From assembly GCA_046729555.1 (NCBI GenBank), contig JBKPGW010000040.1:11553-75552 (forward strand): a stretch of DNA of 64,000 nucleotides. The letters are read 5' to 3'. The notes beneath the pieces were generated by a model. It saw only the letters and a list, made by a program, of their open reading frames with translations. It was not told the origin of the DNA and searched no databases. The number at the start of each line of letters is the position of its first letter. Position 1 is the first letter of the stretch. Positions 7,514 through 15,671 of the stretch are shown in pieces. Both the position numbers and the translations under genes were made by a program. Origin of the DNA: Actinomycetota bacterium (GTDB taxonomy: Bacteria > Actinomycetota > Thermoleophilia > Gaiellales > Gaiellaceae).

Positions 7514-8772
7514 TTCGGGACGAGCTGGAAGCCGTCTGCCACGTCGCGCGCCTCCCAGCCCGCGGCTTCGATCTCCGCGCGCAGCCGGTCGGCCTCGTCG
7601 AAGTCGCGGGCCGCCCGCGCCTGCCGGCGCCGTTCAGCCAGCTCGACGACCTCGGGTGGCGCCTCCTTCTCCTCGGCAAGCGACGCCAGACCGAACAGGT
7701 CCAGCGCTCGTCGGAGTAGATCGTGGTCGCGCCAGCCGTGCATCACCGCAAGCGCCTCGGGTGTGTTGAAGTCGTCCTCGAGCGTCCCCGTGAAGCTGTC
7801 CCAGTCGCCCCCAGGCTGGGACGGACCGCGAAACACCTCGCGGAATCGCTCGACACGCGCCTGCGCCGCCGACATCGTCTCGTCCGAGAAGTCGATCGGC
7901 TTCGACCAGTGGGCGGTCATGAAGTAGAGCAGCACCGTCTCCCGCCCCCAACGTTCGAGCACGTCCTTCAGCGGCGCGATGTTGCCGACCGACTTGGACA
8001 TCTTCTCGCGGTCGAGCCGCAGCAGGCCGTTGTGCATCCAGATGCGCGCGAACTCGCGCCCCGCCGCTTGGGACTGCGCGCGCTCGTTCTCGTGATGCGG
8101 AAAGACGAGGTCGAGGCCGCCGAGGTGGATGTCGAAGCTCGGCCCGAGGAACTTCTCCGCCATGGCGGAGCACTCGATGTGCCAGCCCGGGCGGCCGCGT
8201 CCCCAGGGCGAGTCCCACCACGTGTCCTCGCCCTCTTTGTTCGCCTTCCAAAGGGAGAAGTCGCGCGGATCCTGCTTGAGCGGGTTCGGCTCCTGCTCCT
8301 CCATCTGGTCGGGCCGCTGTCCGGACAGGCGTCCGTACTCAGGGAAGCGCTCGACGCGGAAGTAGACGTCGCCCTGCGACTCGTAGGCGTAGCCGTCGCG
8401 GATGAGCTCCTCGATCAGCGCGATGATCTCGGCGACCGTCTCGGTCGCCTTCGGCTCCGCGTCCGGGCGTCCGAGCCCGAGCGCCTCGGTGTCTTGGATG
8501 TACCACTGCGCCGCGTTCGCGGCCAGCTCTGCGCTGTGATTCGGGGCCGCCTCGTAGATGCGGTCGTTGATGTCCGTGATGTTCTCGACGAGCATCACGT
8601 CGTAGCCGCGGTGCTCGAGCCAGCGCTTGAGCCACAGCGAGATCACATAGGGCCGCGCGTTGCCGATGTGGATGCGCTGGTAGACGGTCGGGCCGCACGT
8701 GTACATCCCGATCCGGGCCGGCGGATCGGGAAGCTCGACCCTCGCCTTGGTCAGCGTGTCAAAGAGCCGCAT
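7510..8772 (-). CDS. cysS: Cysteine--tRNA ligase
   Basis: 420 aa. TCGPTVY, HIGN and KMSKS class-I motifs. Confidence 0.93.
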   Translation of the reverse strand: MRLFDTLTKARVELPDPPARIGMYTCGPTVYQRIHIGNARPYVISLWLKRWLEHRGYDVMLVENITDINDRIYEAAPNHSAELAANAAQWYIQDTEALGLGRPDAEPKATETVAEIIALIEELIRDGYAYESQGDVYFRVERFPEYGRLSGQRPDQMEEQEPNPLKQDPRDFSLWKANKEGEDTWWDSPWGRGRPGWHIECSAMAEKFLGPSFDIHLGGLDLVFPHHENERAQSQAAGREFARIWMHNGLLRLDREKMSKSVGNIAPLKDVLERWGRETVLLYFMTAHWSKPIDFSDETMSAAQARVERFREVFRGPSQPGGDWDSFTGTLEDDFNTPEALAVMHGWRDHDLLRRALDLFGLASLAEEKEAPPEVVELAERRRQARAARDFDEADRLRAEIEAAGWEARDVADGFQLVPK

Positions 8773-9748
8773 CGATCCTGCGCAAGGTCTCGTCGCGCGG
8801 GAGCGCTGCGATCACGGTCCAGAGCTCGGGGCCACGCTCCTGGCCCGTCAGCGCCACGCGCAACGCGCGCAGGTTTCCGCCGACGGCCTTCAGCTCGCGC
8901 ACGAGCGCGCGTGCGTCGACGTCTCCGTTCGAGCGCTCGATCAGCTCGCGGAAGCGTTCGAGCGTCTCCGGCGCATCGACCTTCACGGGCTTGGGCGCCG
9001 TGAGGATCGCGCGCGCGTACTCCTTCGCCTCGTTGAGATCGCGCGCGCCGCGCAAGGCCGGCACCGCCGCAGTGGGAGCGTCGGCTGCCGCGGCGAGCTC
9101 GTCGTCGCTCATCGACTCGATCGCCTCGATTGCGAGCCGCCGGACCCGCGGCAGGTCGTAGTGGACGTCGTGCTGCGGCACGCCCAGCTCTTCGAGGTAC
9201 CGCCGGACAGCCGGTCCGGGGATCCCTGCTTCGCGTAGCGAAGCCACCGTCGCGCCGGGTGCGCGTTTCGCCAGCTTCTTACCGTCCTCGCCGAGGATCA
9301 GCCCGTGGTGGACCAACTCGGGCGGCTTCGCGCCGAGCGCCTCGAACAGCCGCCGGTGCAGGGCCTCGTTGGGCCGGTGGTCGAACCCGCGGACGATGTG
9401 CGTGATCCCGAAGTCGACGTCGTCGACGACGCTGGCGAGGTGGTAGGTCGCGCTGCCGTCCTCGCGCAGCAGCGTGATGCCGTCGAAACGGTCGCCGAGC
9501 GTCGCGCCGGCTTCGCGGTAGCGGTCCTGCCGTTCGCTCTGCCGGACCGGCCCTTCCTCCCATTCGAGCCCGAGCCACTGGAGGTCGCGGATGATCGCCT
9601 CCTCCCCGCCGGGCACGTTCCGAGTCGGGTCGGTGTCGTCGATCCGGAGCAGCATCCAGTCGCCGAGGCGGCGGTTGGCGACGGCGCTGAGGGCGTTCCC
9701 GACGTGCAGGGAGCCGGTCGGGCTGGGGGCAAAGCGGACTCGCTTCAT
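8759..9748 (-). CDS. gltX: Glutamate--tRNA ligase-like protein, unusually short (329 aa)
   Basis: RFAPSPTGSLHVGN, RIDDTD, THIVRG and KLAKR core motifs, plus a GluRS-like C-terminal helical end (LRVALTGQERGPELW). About 140 aa shorter than canonical bacterial GluRS. Confidence 0.75.
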   Translation of the reverse strand: MKRVRFAPSPTGSLHVGNALSAVANRRLGDWMLLRIDDTDPTRNVPGGEEAIIRDLQWLGLEWEEGPVRQSERQDRYREAGATLGDRFDGITLLREDGSATYHLASVVDDVDFGITHIVRGFDHRPNEALHRRLFEALGAKPPELVHHGLILGEDGKKLAKRAPGATVASLREAGIPGPAVRRYLEELGVPQHDVHYDLPRVRRLAIEAIESMSDDELAAAADAPTAAVPALRGARDLNEAKEYARAILTAPKPVKVDAPETLERFRELIERSNGDVDARALVRELKAVGGNLRALRVALTGQERGPELWTVIAALPRDETLRRIDAAL

Positions 9749-9775
9749 CTGCGGTCCAGTCTAGAGTCCGGGCCC

Positions 9776-10492
9776 GTGGAGGCCGCTCTGCTCGACTGGT
9801 TCGCCGCGCGCGGCCGCGACCTGCCGTGGCGTCACACGCGTGATCCGTACGCGATCCTCGTGTCGGAGGTGATGGTGCAGCAGACGCAGGTGGAGCGCGT
9901 CGTGCCGCGGTACCTCGAGTGGCTCGACCGCTGGCCGACGGTCGACGCCCTGGCGGCGGCGTCTCCCGCGGACGTGATCCGCGCCTGGCAGGGGCTCGGC
10001 TACAACCGGCGGGGACTGAACCTGCACCGGGCGGCGCAACAGGCCGCGCGGGAGGGCTGGCCAGACGACCTCACCGAACTGCCGGGCGTGGGCCCGTACA
10101 CGGCCGCGGCCGTGGCGAACTTCGCCTTCGGCCGCGATGTCCTGCCGGTCGACACGAACGTGCGCCGCGTCCAGGAGCGCACCGGCGGGCAGTTCTCGCC
10201 GCGCGCCGCGCAGGCGCTGATGGATCTCGGCGCGACGGTGTGTCTCGCACGCATTCCCCGATGCGGTGTCTGCCCACTCGTCGACACGTGTCCTTCACGC
10301 GGACGCCGCTACGAGCCGCAGCGCAAGCAGTCACGCTTCGAAGGTTCCTTCCGCCAGCGCCGTGCACGCACGTTGCGACTGGTCGCCGCGCGAGACCGCA
10401 TCCTCACGGAGCTCGATGCTGAAGCTGTCGAGTCGCTCCTGCGCGACGGACTTGTCCACGTGGAAGCGGGGATTGTGGCCCTCCCAGCGTGA
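9776..10492 (+). CDS. mutY: HhH-GPD adenine DNA glycosylase (MutY-like, no NUDIX-type C-domain)
   Basis: Starts at GTG 9776; the upstream part of the long ORF overlaps gltX on the other strand. WFAARGRDLPWR..DPYAILVSEVMVQQTQV, and a 4Fe-4S loop C-x6-C-x2-C-x5-C. Confidence 0.8.
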   Translation: MEAALLDWFAARGRDLPWRHTRDPYAILVSEVMVQQTQVERVVPRYLEWLDRWPTVDALAAASPADVIRAWQGLGYNRRGLNLHRAAQQAAREGWPDDLTELPGVGPYTAAAVANFAFGRDVLPVDTNVRRVQERTGGQFSPRAAQALMDLGATVCLARIPRCGVCPLVDTCPSRGRRYEPQRKQSRFEGSFRQRRARTLRLVAARDRILTELDAEAVESLLRDGLVHVEAGIVALPA

Positions 10493-10917
10493 TCGGCACA
10501 GGCTACGATCCGCCCGTGACCGGCTCGATCTGGTTCTACCTCTTCCCGCTCTACATCCTCGGCGGCTTGCTCCTGCTGCTGGGCGTCTTCGCACTGCTCG
10601 GGCGGATCCAAGGCGGGCGCTTCCTGAAGCCGATCGTGGCCGGACTGATGAAGCTGCCGCTCGTCGGCAGGCTGATGAAGAGGGCCTCGCAGGCGGCGCT
10701 CGAGCGGCAAAACCCCGAGCTCGCCAGCGCCGTCAAGAAGATGGAGCGCGCGGGCGTCGCCAAAGATCCCCAGCGTGCCGCCCAGGCACTCTCACGCCTG
10801 AGCGCACGCGAACGGGCGGCCTATCTCGACGCGACCGCCGAACAGTCCGACGAGATCGCGCAGAACAGGCAGATGCGCCGCCAGCTCGAGCGGGCCAAGA
10901 AGGGCCGCCGCCGATAG
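10489..10917 (+). CDS. Small membrane protein with a basic helical C-terminus (hypothetical)
   Basis: 142 aa with one strong TM helix (IWFYLFPLYILGGLLLLLGVFALL). Its GTG start overlaps the mutY-like stop (GTGA at 10489-10492). Confidence 0.55.
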   Translation: MIGTGYDPPVTGSIWFYLFPLYILGGLLLLLGVFALLGRIQGGRFLKPIVAGLMKLPLVGRLMKRASQAALERQNPELASAVKKMERAGVAKDPQRAAQALSRLSARERAAYLDATAEQSDEIAQNRQMRRQLERAKKGRRR

Positions 10918-10928
10918 CTTCGGGTCGC

Positions 10929-12221
10929 CTGAGCGGGCAAAGCCCGCACAGGCTTCAAACGGCGTCGCCGAGTCGCCGCCTCGCTCCGCTCTGGCGTAAC
11001 CGCGACTTCATCCTGCTCTGGAGCGGGCAGGTCGTCTCGACGGTCGGGACGCGCGTCACGAGCATCGCGTTTCCCTTGCTCGTCCTGGCCGAGACGCACT
11101 CGCCCGCCAAGGCGGGCATCGTCGGCTTCGCGCAGACGCTGCCGTACATGCTCTTCTACCTTCCGGCCGGCGCACTGGTCGACCGCTGGGACCGCAAGCG
11201 CGTCATGCTCGTCGCCGACGCAGGCCGCGTCCTCGCGATCGGCAGCCTCGCGCTGGTCCTCGCCTTCGACGGCTTCACATTCGCGCAAGTTGTCGTCGTC
11301 GCCTTCGTCGAGGGATCCGGGTTCGTGTTCTTCAGCCTCTCCGAGTCGGCGGCGCTCCCACAGATCGTCCCGAAGGAGCAGCTGCCGACAGCAGTCGCAC
11401 AGAACCAGGCGCGGATCCAGGGAGCCGACCTCGCCGGGCAGCCGCTTGGAGGCGCGCTCTTCGGGATCAGCCGCCTGCTGCCGTTCGCCGCCGACGCAAT
11501 CTCCTACGCCGTGTCGTTCGTGTCGCTGCTGTTCGTGCGCCCGGCATTCCAGGAGGAGCGGGATCGAACGCCCACGCGGTTGCGGGCGGAGATCGTCGAA
11601 GGCATCTCCTGGCTGTGGCACCAGCCGTTCCTGCGCGCCGGAGTGCTCCTCGTGGCCGGCTCGAACTACGCGTTCAGCGCCATGATCCTGGCGCTGATCG
11701 TGCGCGCGAAGAACCTCGGCGCCTCGTCGGCAACTGTGGGCCTGATGCTGGCGTTCTTCGGCGTCGGTGCGATCGCCGGCTCGATCGTCGCACCGTCAGT
11801 GCAGCGGCGTGTCCATGCGAAGGTCGTTCTCATCGGCTCCTTCTGGATCTGGGCGATCGGGGCCTTCTTGAGCGCATTCGTGCACAGTCCCTACACCTTG
11901 GGCGCGATCTGGGCCTTCGGCGCGATCTTCGGCCCCATCTTCAACGTCGCCTTCTCCGCCTATCGCTACGCGCTCGTACCCGACCGTCTGCTCGCGCGCG
12001 TCGCGAGCGCGGCGCTCGTCGTCGCCTGGGGGGCCATTCCCCTCGGACAGCTCACGGCGGGACTCCTCGTCGAGCAGATCGGCGCCGTAGACACGATCCT
12101 CGTCGTCGCAGCCCTGAGCGCCGCCGTCGGCCTCATCGCAACGAGTTCGCGGGCGATCCGCACGGCGCCGCGCGCCGAAGAGCTCCTGGTCGAAATCCGA
12201 ACGCTCCCGGCGGACGTATAG
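10929..12221 (+). CDS. MFS transporter (EntS/MFS_3-like); start codon uncertain
   Basis: Conserved N-terminus WRNRDFILLWSGQVVSTVGTRV begins near 10990, and there are 12 TM-like segments. No ATG, GTG or TTG lies in frame between about 10530 and 11075. CTG 10929-10931 is listed as a placeholder start. Confidence 0.75.
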   Translation: MSGQSPHRLQTASPSRRLAPLWRNRDFILLWSGQVVSTVGTRVTSIAFPLLVLAETHSPAKAGIVGFAQTLPYMLFYLPAGALVDRWDRKRVMLVADAGRVLAIGSLALVLAFDGFTFAQVVVVAFVEGSGFVFFSLSESAALPQIVPKEQLPTAVAQNQARIQGADLAGQPLGGALFGISRLLPFAADAISYAVSFVSLLFVRPAFQEERDRTPTRLRAEIVEGISWLWHQPFLRAGVLLVAGSNYAFSAMILALIVRAKNLGASSATVGLMLAFFGVGAIAGSIVAPSVQRRVHAKVVLIGSFWIWAIGAFLSAFVHSPYTLGAIWAFGAIFGPIFNVAFSAYRYALVPDRLLARVASAALVVAWGAIPLGQLTAGLLVEQIGAVDTILVVAALSAAVGLIATSSRAIRTAPRAEELLVEIRTLPADV

Positions 12222-12254
12222 AACTCTCGATCAGCCCGATCGCACCGCCGACTT

Positions 12255-12980
12255 CTAGCCGCCCGGCGCGTGTCGAAGCCACACGTTTGGCTCCACGTGG
12301 CGACCCACGCCGTCGCGCACCTGGAGCGGCGCGAGCATGCCTGGCACGACGTGATCGCCGTCGCCGGGAAAGGCCATTCCGGTCCAGTCCTCCCAGTCCG
12401 CGACCGGCGCGTCGATCGTCATCGACTCCGGCGAGGGCGCGATGATCGCGCCGCCGACGCGCTCGTGCACGCGGATCCACGGATCGAAGTGCGCTCCGTC
12501 CTCGCGCCGCCACAACATGTAGCGCTCGATCGGAATCAGCGGGTACCGCGCCTTGAGCGTCGGGCGCACGGGCGCGATCAACTCGCGCAGCCCGGCCCGC
12601 GCCGCAGCAGCGCGCATCTCGTCGAGCATTCGGGCGGCTAGGCCCTGGGCCTGCCGGTCGGGCCGCACCGAGATCGCGAGCGCGCAGAGGACATCCGGCT
12701 CGCGTCCCGCCTCGAACGCACGCAGGAACGCCTCGTCCCAACCCGCCGGCAGGTCCTCGCCGCTGCCGTCCCAGGGCGTCGGGACGCTGTGCAGCTCGGC
12801 GACGAGCTCGTCGCCGTCGAGGAGCCCGAGCTGGAAGTCCGGGTATTCCTCGTACAGCCGGCCCCAGTACTTTCCGCCCGGCACGTTGTGATTCATGTAC
12901 TCGGGGAAGGTCGGCTTGCTGAGCGTCTCGAAGCGGATCGCGCGCAGATCGGGGCGATCCGCGTAACGGAAGACGTTCAC
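12255..12980 (-). CDS. GNAT-family N-acetyltransferase-like protein
   Basis: 241 aa. The segment ALAISVRPDRQAQGLAARMLDEMRAAAARAGL resembles the acetyl-CoA-binding motif A. The GTG start overlaps the ispF stop (GTGA at 12977-12980). Confidence 0.65.
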   Translation of the reverse strand: MNVFRYADRPDLRAIRFETLSKPTFPEYMNHNVPGGKYWGRLYEEYPDFQLGLLDGDELVAELHSVPTPWDGSGEDLPAGWDEAFLRAFEAGREPDVLCALAISVRPDRQAQGLAARMLDEMRAAAARAGLRELIAPVRPTLKARYPLIPIERYMLWRREDGAHFDPWIRVHERVGGAIIAPSPESMTIDAPVADWEDWTGMAFPGDGDHVVPGMLAPLQVRDGVGRHVEPNVWLRHAPGG

Positions 12981-13447
12981 GCGCGTTCGAGCAGCGCGAC
13001 GGCCTGAGCGGCTAGCCCTTCGCCGCGGCCGGTGAAGCCCAGCCGGTCAGTCGTCGTCGCGCGCACGCTCACCGGCGCGCCGGCGAGCTCCGTCAGAGTG
13101 CGCTCCAGCTCCCGGCGCCGGTCGGCGATGCGCGGCTCCTCCCCGATCAGGACGCAGTCGGCGTTCGCGACGGCAAAGCCGGCGTCGCGCACCCGCCCGA
13201 GGGCGTCGCGCAGAAGATCGAGCGACGAGATGCCCGCGGGTGTCGACGAGTTGGACGGAAACAGCGACCCGATGTCGCCGAGGCCCGCGGCGCCCAGCAC
13301 CGCGTCGATCAGCGCGTGCGTGATCACGTCGCCGTCTGAGTGGCCGGCGAGACCGCGCGGCGACTCGAACAGGACGCCGCCGAGGACGAGCGGCACTCCG
13401 TCCGCGAACGCGTGCGCATCGACACCGATCCCGACGCGAAAGCTCAC
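12977..13447 (-). CDS. ispF: 2-C-methyl-D-erythritol 2,4-cyclodiphosphate synthase
   Basis: 156 aa from GTG 13447. RVGIGVDAHAF, HSDGDVITHAL and TTTDRLGFTGRGEG motifs. The longer ORF upstream is a high-GC artefact. Confidence 0.92.
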   Translation of the reverse strand: MSFRVGIGVDAHAFADGVPLVLGGVLFESPRGLAGHSDGDVITHALIDAVLGAAGLGDIGSLFPSNSSTPAGISSLDLLRDALGRVRDAGFAVANADCVLIGEEPRIADRRRELERTLTELAGAPVSVRATTTDRLGFTGRGEGLAAQAVALLERA

Positions 13448-14247
13448 CCGAGCGGCTCCTGGCGCGCGCGCCGCCGTTCGAACACGGTGACCGTCTCGTA
13501 CCCCGCGCTGCGCAAGAGCTCGCGGGCGCGATCGAAGTCGCGGCCGACGAGCTCCGGCATGTGCGCGTCGGATCCGGTCGTAACCGGCACGCCGCGGTTG
13601 TGACAGGCAGCGAGAAGGTCGGGATGCGGGTAGAGCTCCCCGACCGGCTTGCGCAGACCGGCGGTCGAGACCTCGACGGCGACTCCCGCCTCTGCGATCG
13701 CGTCGGCGATCGCCCCGTAATCGAATCTGTCGACGCGCTCGCCGAAGATCTTCACCAGGTCCGGATGCGAGAGGGAGTCGAACAGGCCGCTCCGCGCCGC
13801 GCGCGCCAGCGTCTCGAAATACCGCCGCCATGTCTCCTCGACGCCAACCTCGTCGAGCAGCCGCGGCTCGCCGTCGACACCGTATCCGTCGATGAAGTGG
13901 ACGGAGCCGAGCAGGTAGTCCCACGGATACGGCGCCAGCAGCGCTCGCGTCTCGTCCTCGCGGCCGGGTACGTAGTCGACCTCGAGCCCGAGCTTCACGG
14001 GCAGCCCTCGCTCCCGCGCCTGCAGGATCGCGTCGACGTAGGCGTCGAGGTCGTAGACACAGCGCTCCGTCTGGTACGAAACCGTCCAGAGCGAACGCGT
14101 CTGCTTGAAGTAATAGACGTGCTCGGTGAAGCCGATCTCGTCGACGCCGGCCTCACGCGCCTGCTCCACGAACGGATCGACTGCCCAGGTTTCGTGCGCG
14201 ATCTGCTCACGGGGATTCCGCAGGTGCATGTGGTAGTCGACGATCAC
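13444..14247 (-). CDS. PHP-domain phosphoesterase (HisJ-type histidinol-phosphatase family)
   Basis: 267 aa from GTG 14247. VDYHMHL, FTEHV, LGSVHF and GSDAH metal-ligand motifs. GTGA overlaps at both ends (14244-14247 and 13444-13447). Confidence 0.85.
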   Translation of the reverse strand: MIVDYHMHLRNPREQIAHETWAVDPFVEQAREAGVDEIGFTEHVYYFKQTRSLWTVSYQTERCVYDLDAYVDAILQARERGLPVKLGLEVDYVPGREDETRALLAPYPWDYLLGSVHFIDGYGVDGEPRLLDEVGVEETWRRYFETLARAARSGLFDSLSHPDLVKIFGERVDRFDYGAIADAIAEAGVAVEVSTAGLRKPVGELYPHPDLLAACHNRGVPVTTGSDAHMPELVGRDFDRARELLRSAGYETVTVFERRRARQEPLG

Positions 14248-14903
14248 AGCAGCGCGGCGACGCGGTCGAGGTCGGCGGCGTCGGTGATCTTCAGCAGACG
14301 CGGATCGCCTTCGACCGCTTTCACCCGACCGCCGGCGGCCTCGACCGCGGCGGCGCAGTCGGTCCAATCCGATCCGGTCAGCGCACGGCGGAGCACATCG
14401 GCAATGAACGCCTGCGGCGTCTGCACGATGCGGATCTCGTCGCGCGGCAGTGTCTCGACGACACGGTCGTCCTCCACCCGCTTCACCGTGTCAGCGACCG
14501 GCAGGGCAGGCACCGCGCCGTCCCAACCTTCGTTGAGCGCGGTGACGACGCGCTCGACGACGTCGTCCTCCAGCAGCGGCCGCGCAGCGTCGTGGACGAG
14601 GACGACGGCGGCATCGTCCGGCACTTCCGCGAGCCCGAGCCGCACCGAGTCGGCACGCGTGGGACCACCCGTCACGCAGGCGCTGACCTTGCCGCAGCCG
14701 AGCTCCTCGGCGAGCAGGATCGCAGGCTCCTCCCAGTCGGGCGGAGCGGCGACGACGATCGCGTCGACCCAGTCGGACGCGTCGAGGCGCGCGAGGCTTT
14801 CTGCCAGCAGGGGCTGTTCGCCCAGGCGAACGAAGGCCTTGGGCCGGTCGGCGCCGAGCCGCTCCCCGCTACCGGCCGCAGCGAGGACGGCCCAGACGCT
14901 CAC
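14244..14903 (-). CDS. ispD: 2-C-methyl-D-erythritol 4-phosphate cytidylyltransferase
   Basis: 219 aa. AVLAAAGSGERLG and VLVHDAARPL motifs. The GTG start overlaps the carD stop (GTGA). Confidence 0.9.
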   Translation of the reverse strand: MSVWAVLAAAGSGERLGADRPKAFVRLGEQPLLAESLARLDASDWVDAIVVAAPPDWEEPAILLAEELGCGKVSACVTGGPTRADSVRLGLAEVPDDAAVVLVHDAARPLLEDDVVERVVTALNEGWDGAVPALPVADTVKRVEDDRVVETLPRDEIRIVQTPQAFIADVLRRALTGSDWTDCAAAVEAAGGRVKAVEGDPRLLKITDAADLDRVAALL

Positions 14904-15556
14904 CTCGAGCCGGCGCGCGCCCTCGTGGTCGACTTGCTCTTCGCGGCGGACTTCGTGGTCTTACGGGCCGCCGGCTTGGCCGCGGTCGTGCGTGCGGCGG
15001 GCTTCGCGGTCTTGGACGCGACCTTCGCGGGCTTCGCGGCGGTCGTCTTCTTGCGGCCGTTGGAGCCGTTCGTGCTCGAGCTGACGAGGACGCCGTCGAG
15101 CCACTCGGCCGCCTCCTCCTCGTCCATGTCCTTCGCGTACATGAGCTCGCTGGCGAGAATCTTCTTGGCCTTGACGAACATCTGCTTCTCGCCGGTGGAC
15201 AGTCCCTTCTCGACGTCGCGCAGCGACAGGTTCCGCACGACCTCGGCGAGCTCGAGGATGTCGCCCGTCTTCATCTTGTCGCGGTTGTGCTTGAAGCGGC
15301 GGTTCCAGTTCTTCGGCATCTGCGTGCCGCCGCCCGTCAAAGCCTTGACGACGACTTTGACCATGTCCTCCCCGATCACCTTGCGGAGCCCAACCTTCTC
15401 GGCGTTCTCCGACGGGACGTTGACGGTCATATCATTGTGCAGGATCTTGATCGTCAGGTACTCGCGCTTCTCTCCGAGCACGTCGCGCTTTTCCTTCTTT
15501 ACAACCGTGCCTGCCCCGTGGTGTGGATACACCACCTTGTCGCCGACTTTGTACAA
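14900..15556 (-). CDS. carD: CarD/CdnL-family RNA-polymerase-binding regulator with a ~55-aa Lys/Ala/Thr-rich basic tail
   Basis: MYKVGDKVVYPHHGAGTV..REYLTIKI.. is a CarD N-domain, followed by a leucine-zipper-like C-domain. The extra tail is ..RKKTTAAKPAKVASKTAKPAARTTAAKPAARKTTKSAAKSKSTTRARAGSR. TTG start 15556 with a GAAAGGGG RBS. Confidence 0.92.
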   Translation of the reverse strand: MYKVGDKVVYPHHGAGTVVKKEKRDVLGEKREYLTIKILHNDMTVNVPSENAEKVGLRKVIGEDMVKVVVKALTGGGTQMPKNWNRRFKHNRDKMKTGDILELAEVVRNLSLRDVEKGLSTGEKQMFVKAKKILASELMYAKDMDEEEAAEWLDGVLVSSSTNGSNGRKKTTAAKPAKVASKTAKPAARTTAAKPAARKTTKSAAKSKSTTRARAGSR

Positions 15557-15671
15557 GCCCGCCCCTTTCGTCCTTATGTGACCGCGAAGCCGGCGGGGTT
15601 CTTCCGCCGGCCGAGGTGGACAAGTCTACCAAAAGGCGCTGGAAATGGCCACTTTTTGACCAAAATCCCTG

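Noticed and set aside
9305-9775. N-terminal 157 codons of the long ORF that contains the MutY-like gene.
   Set aside because: This part overlaps the gltX-like gene on the opposite strand and has no glycosylase similarity. The MutY-type N-terminus begins right after GTG 9776.
10266-10928. Upstream extension of the MFS ORF from GTG 10266.
   Set aside because: It would overlap the MutY-like 3' end and the whole small membrane-protein gene. It translates to Arg/Ala-rich filler. MFS homology starts only near 10980.
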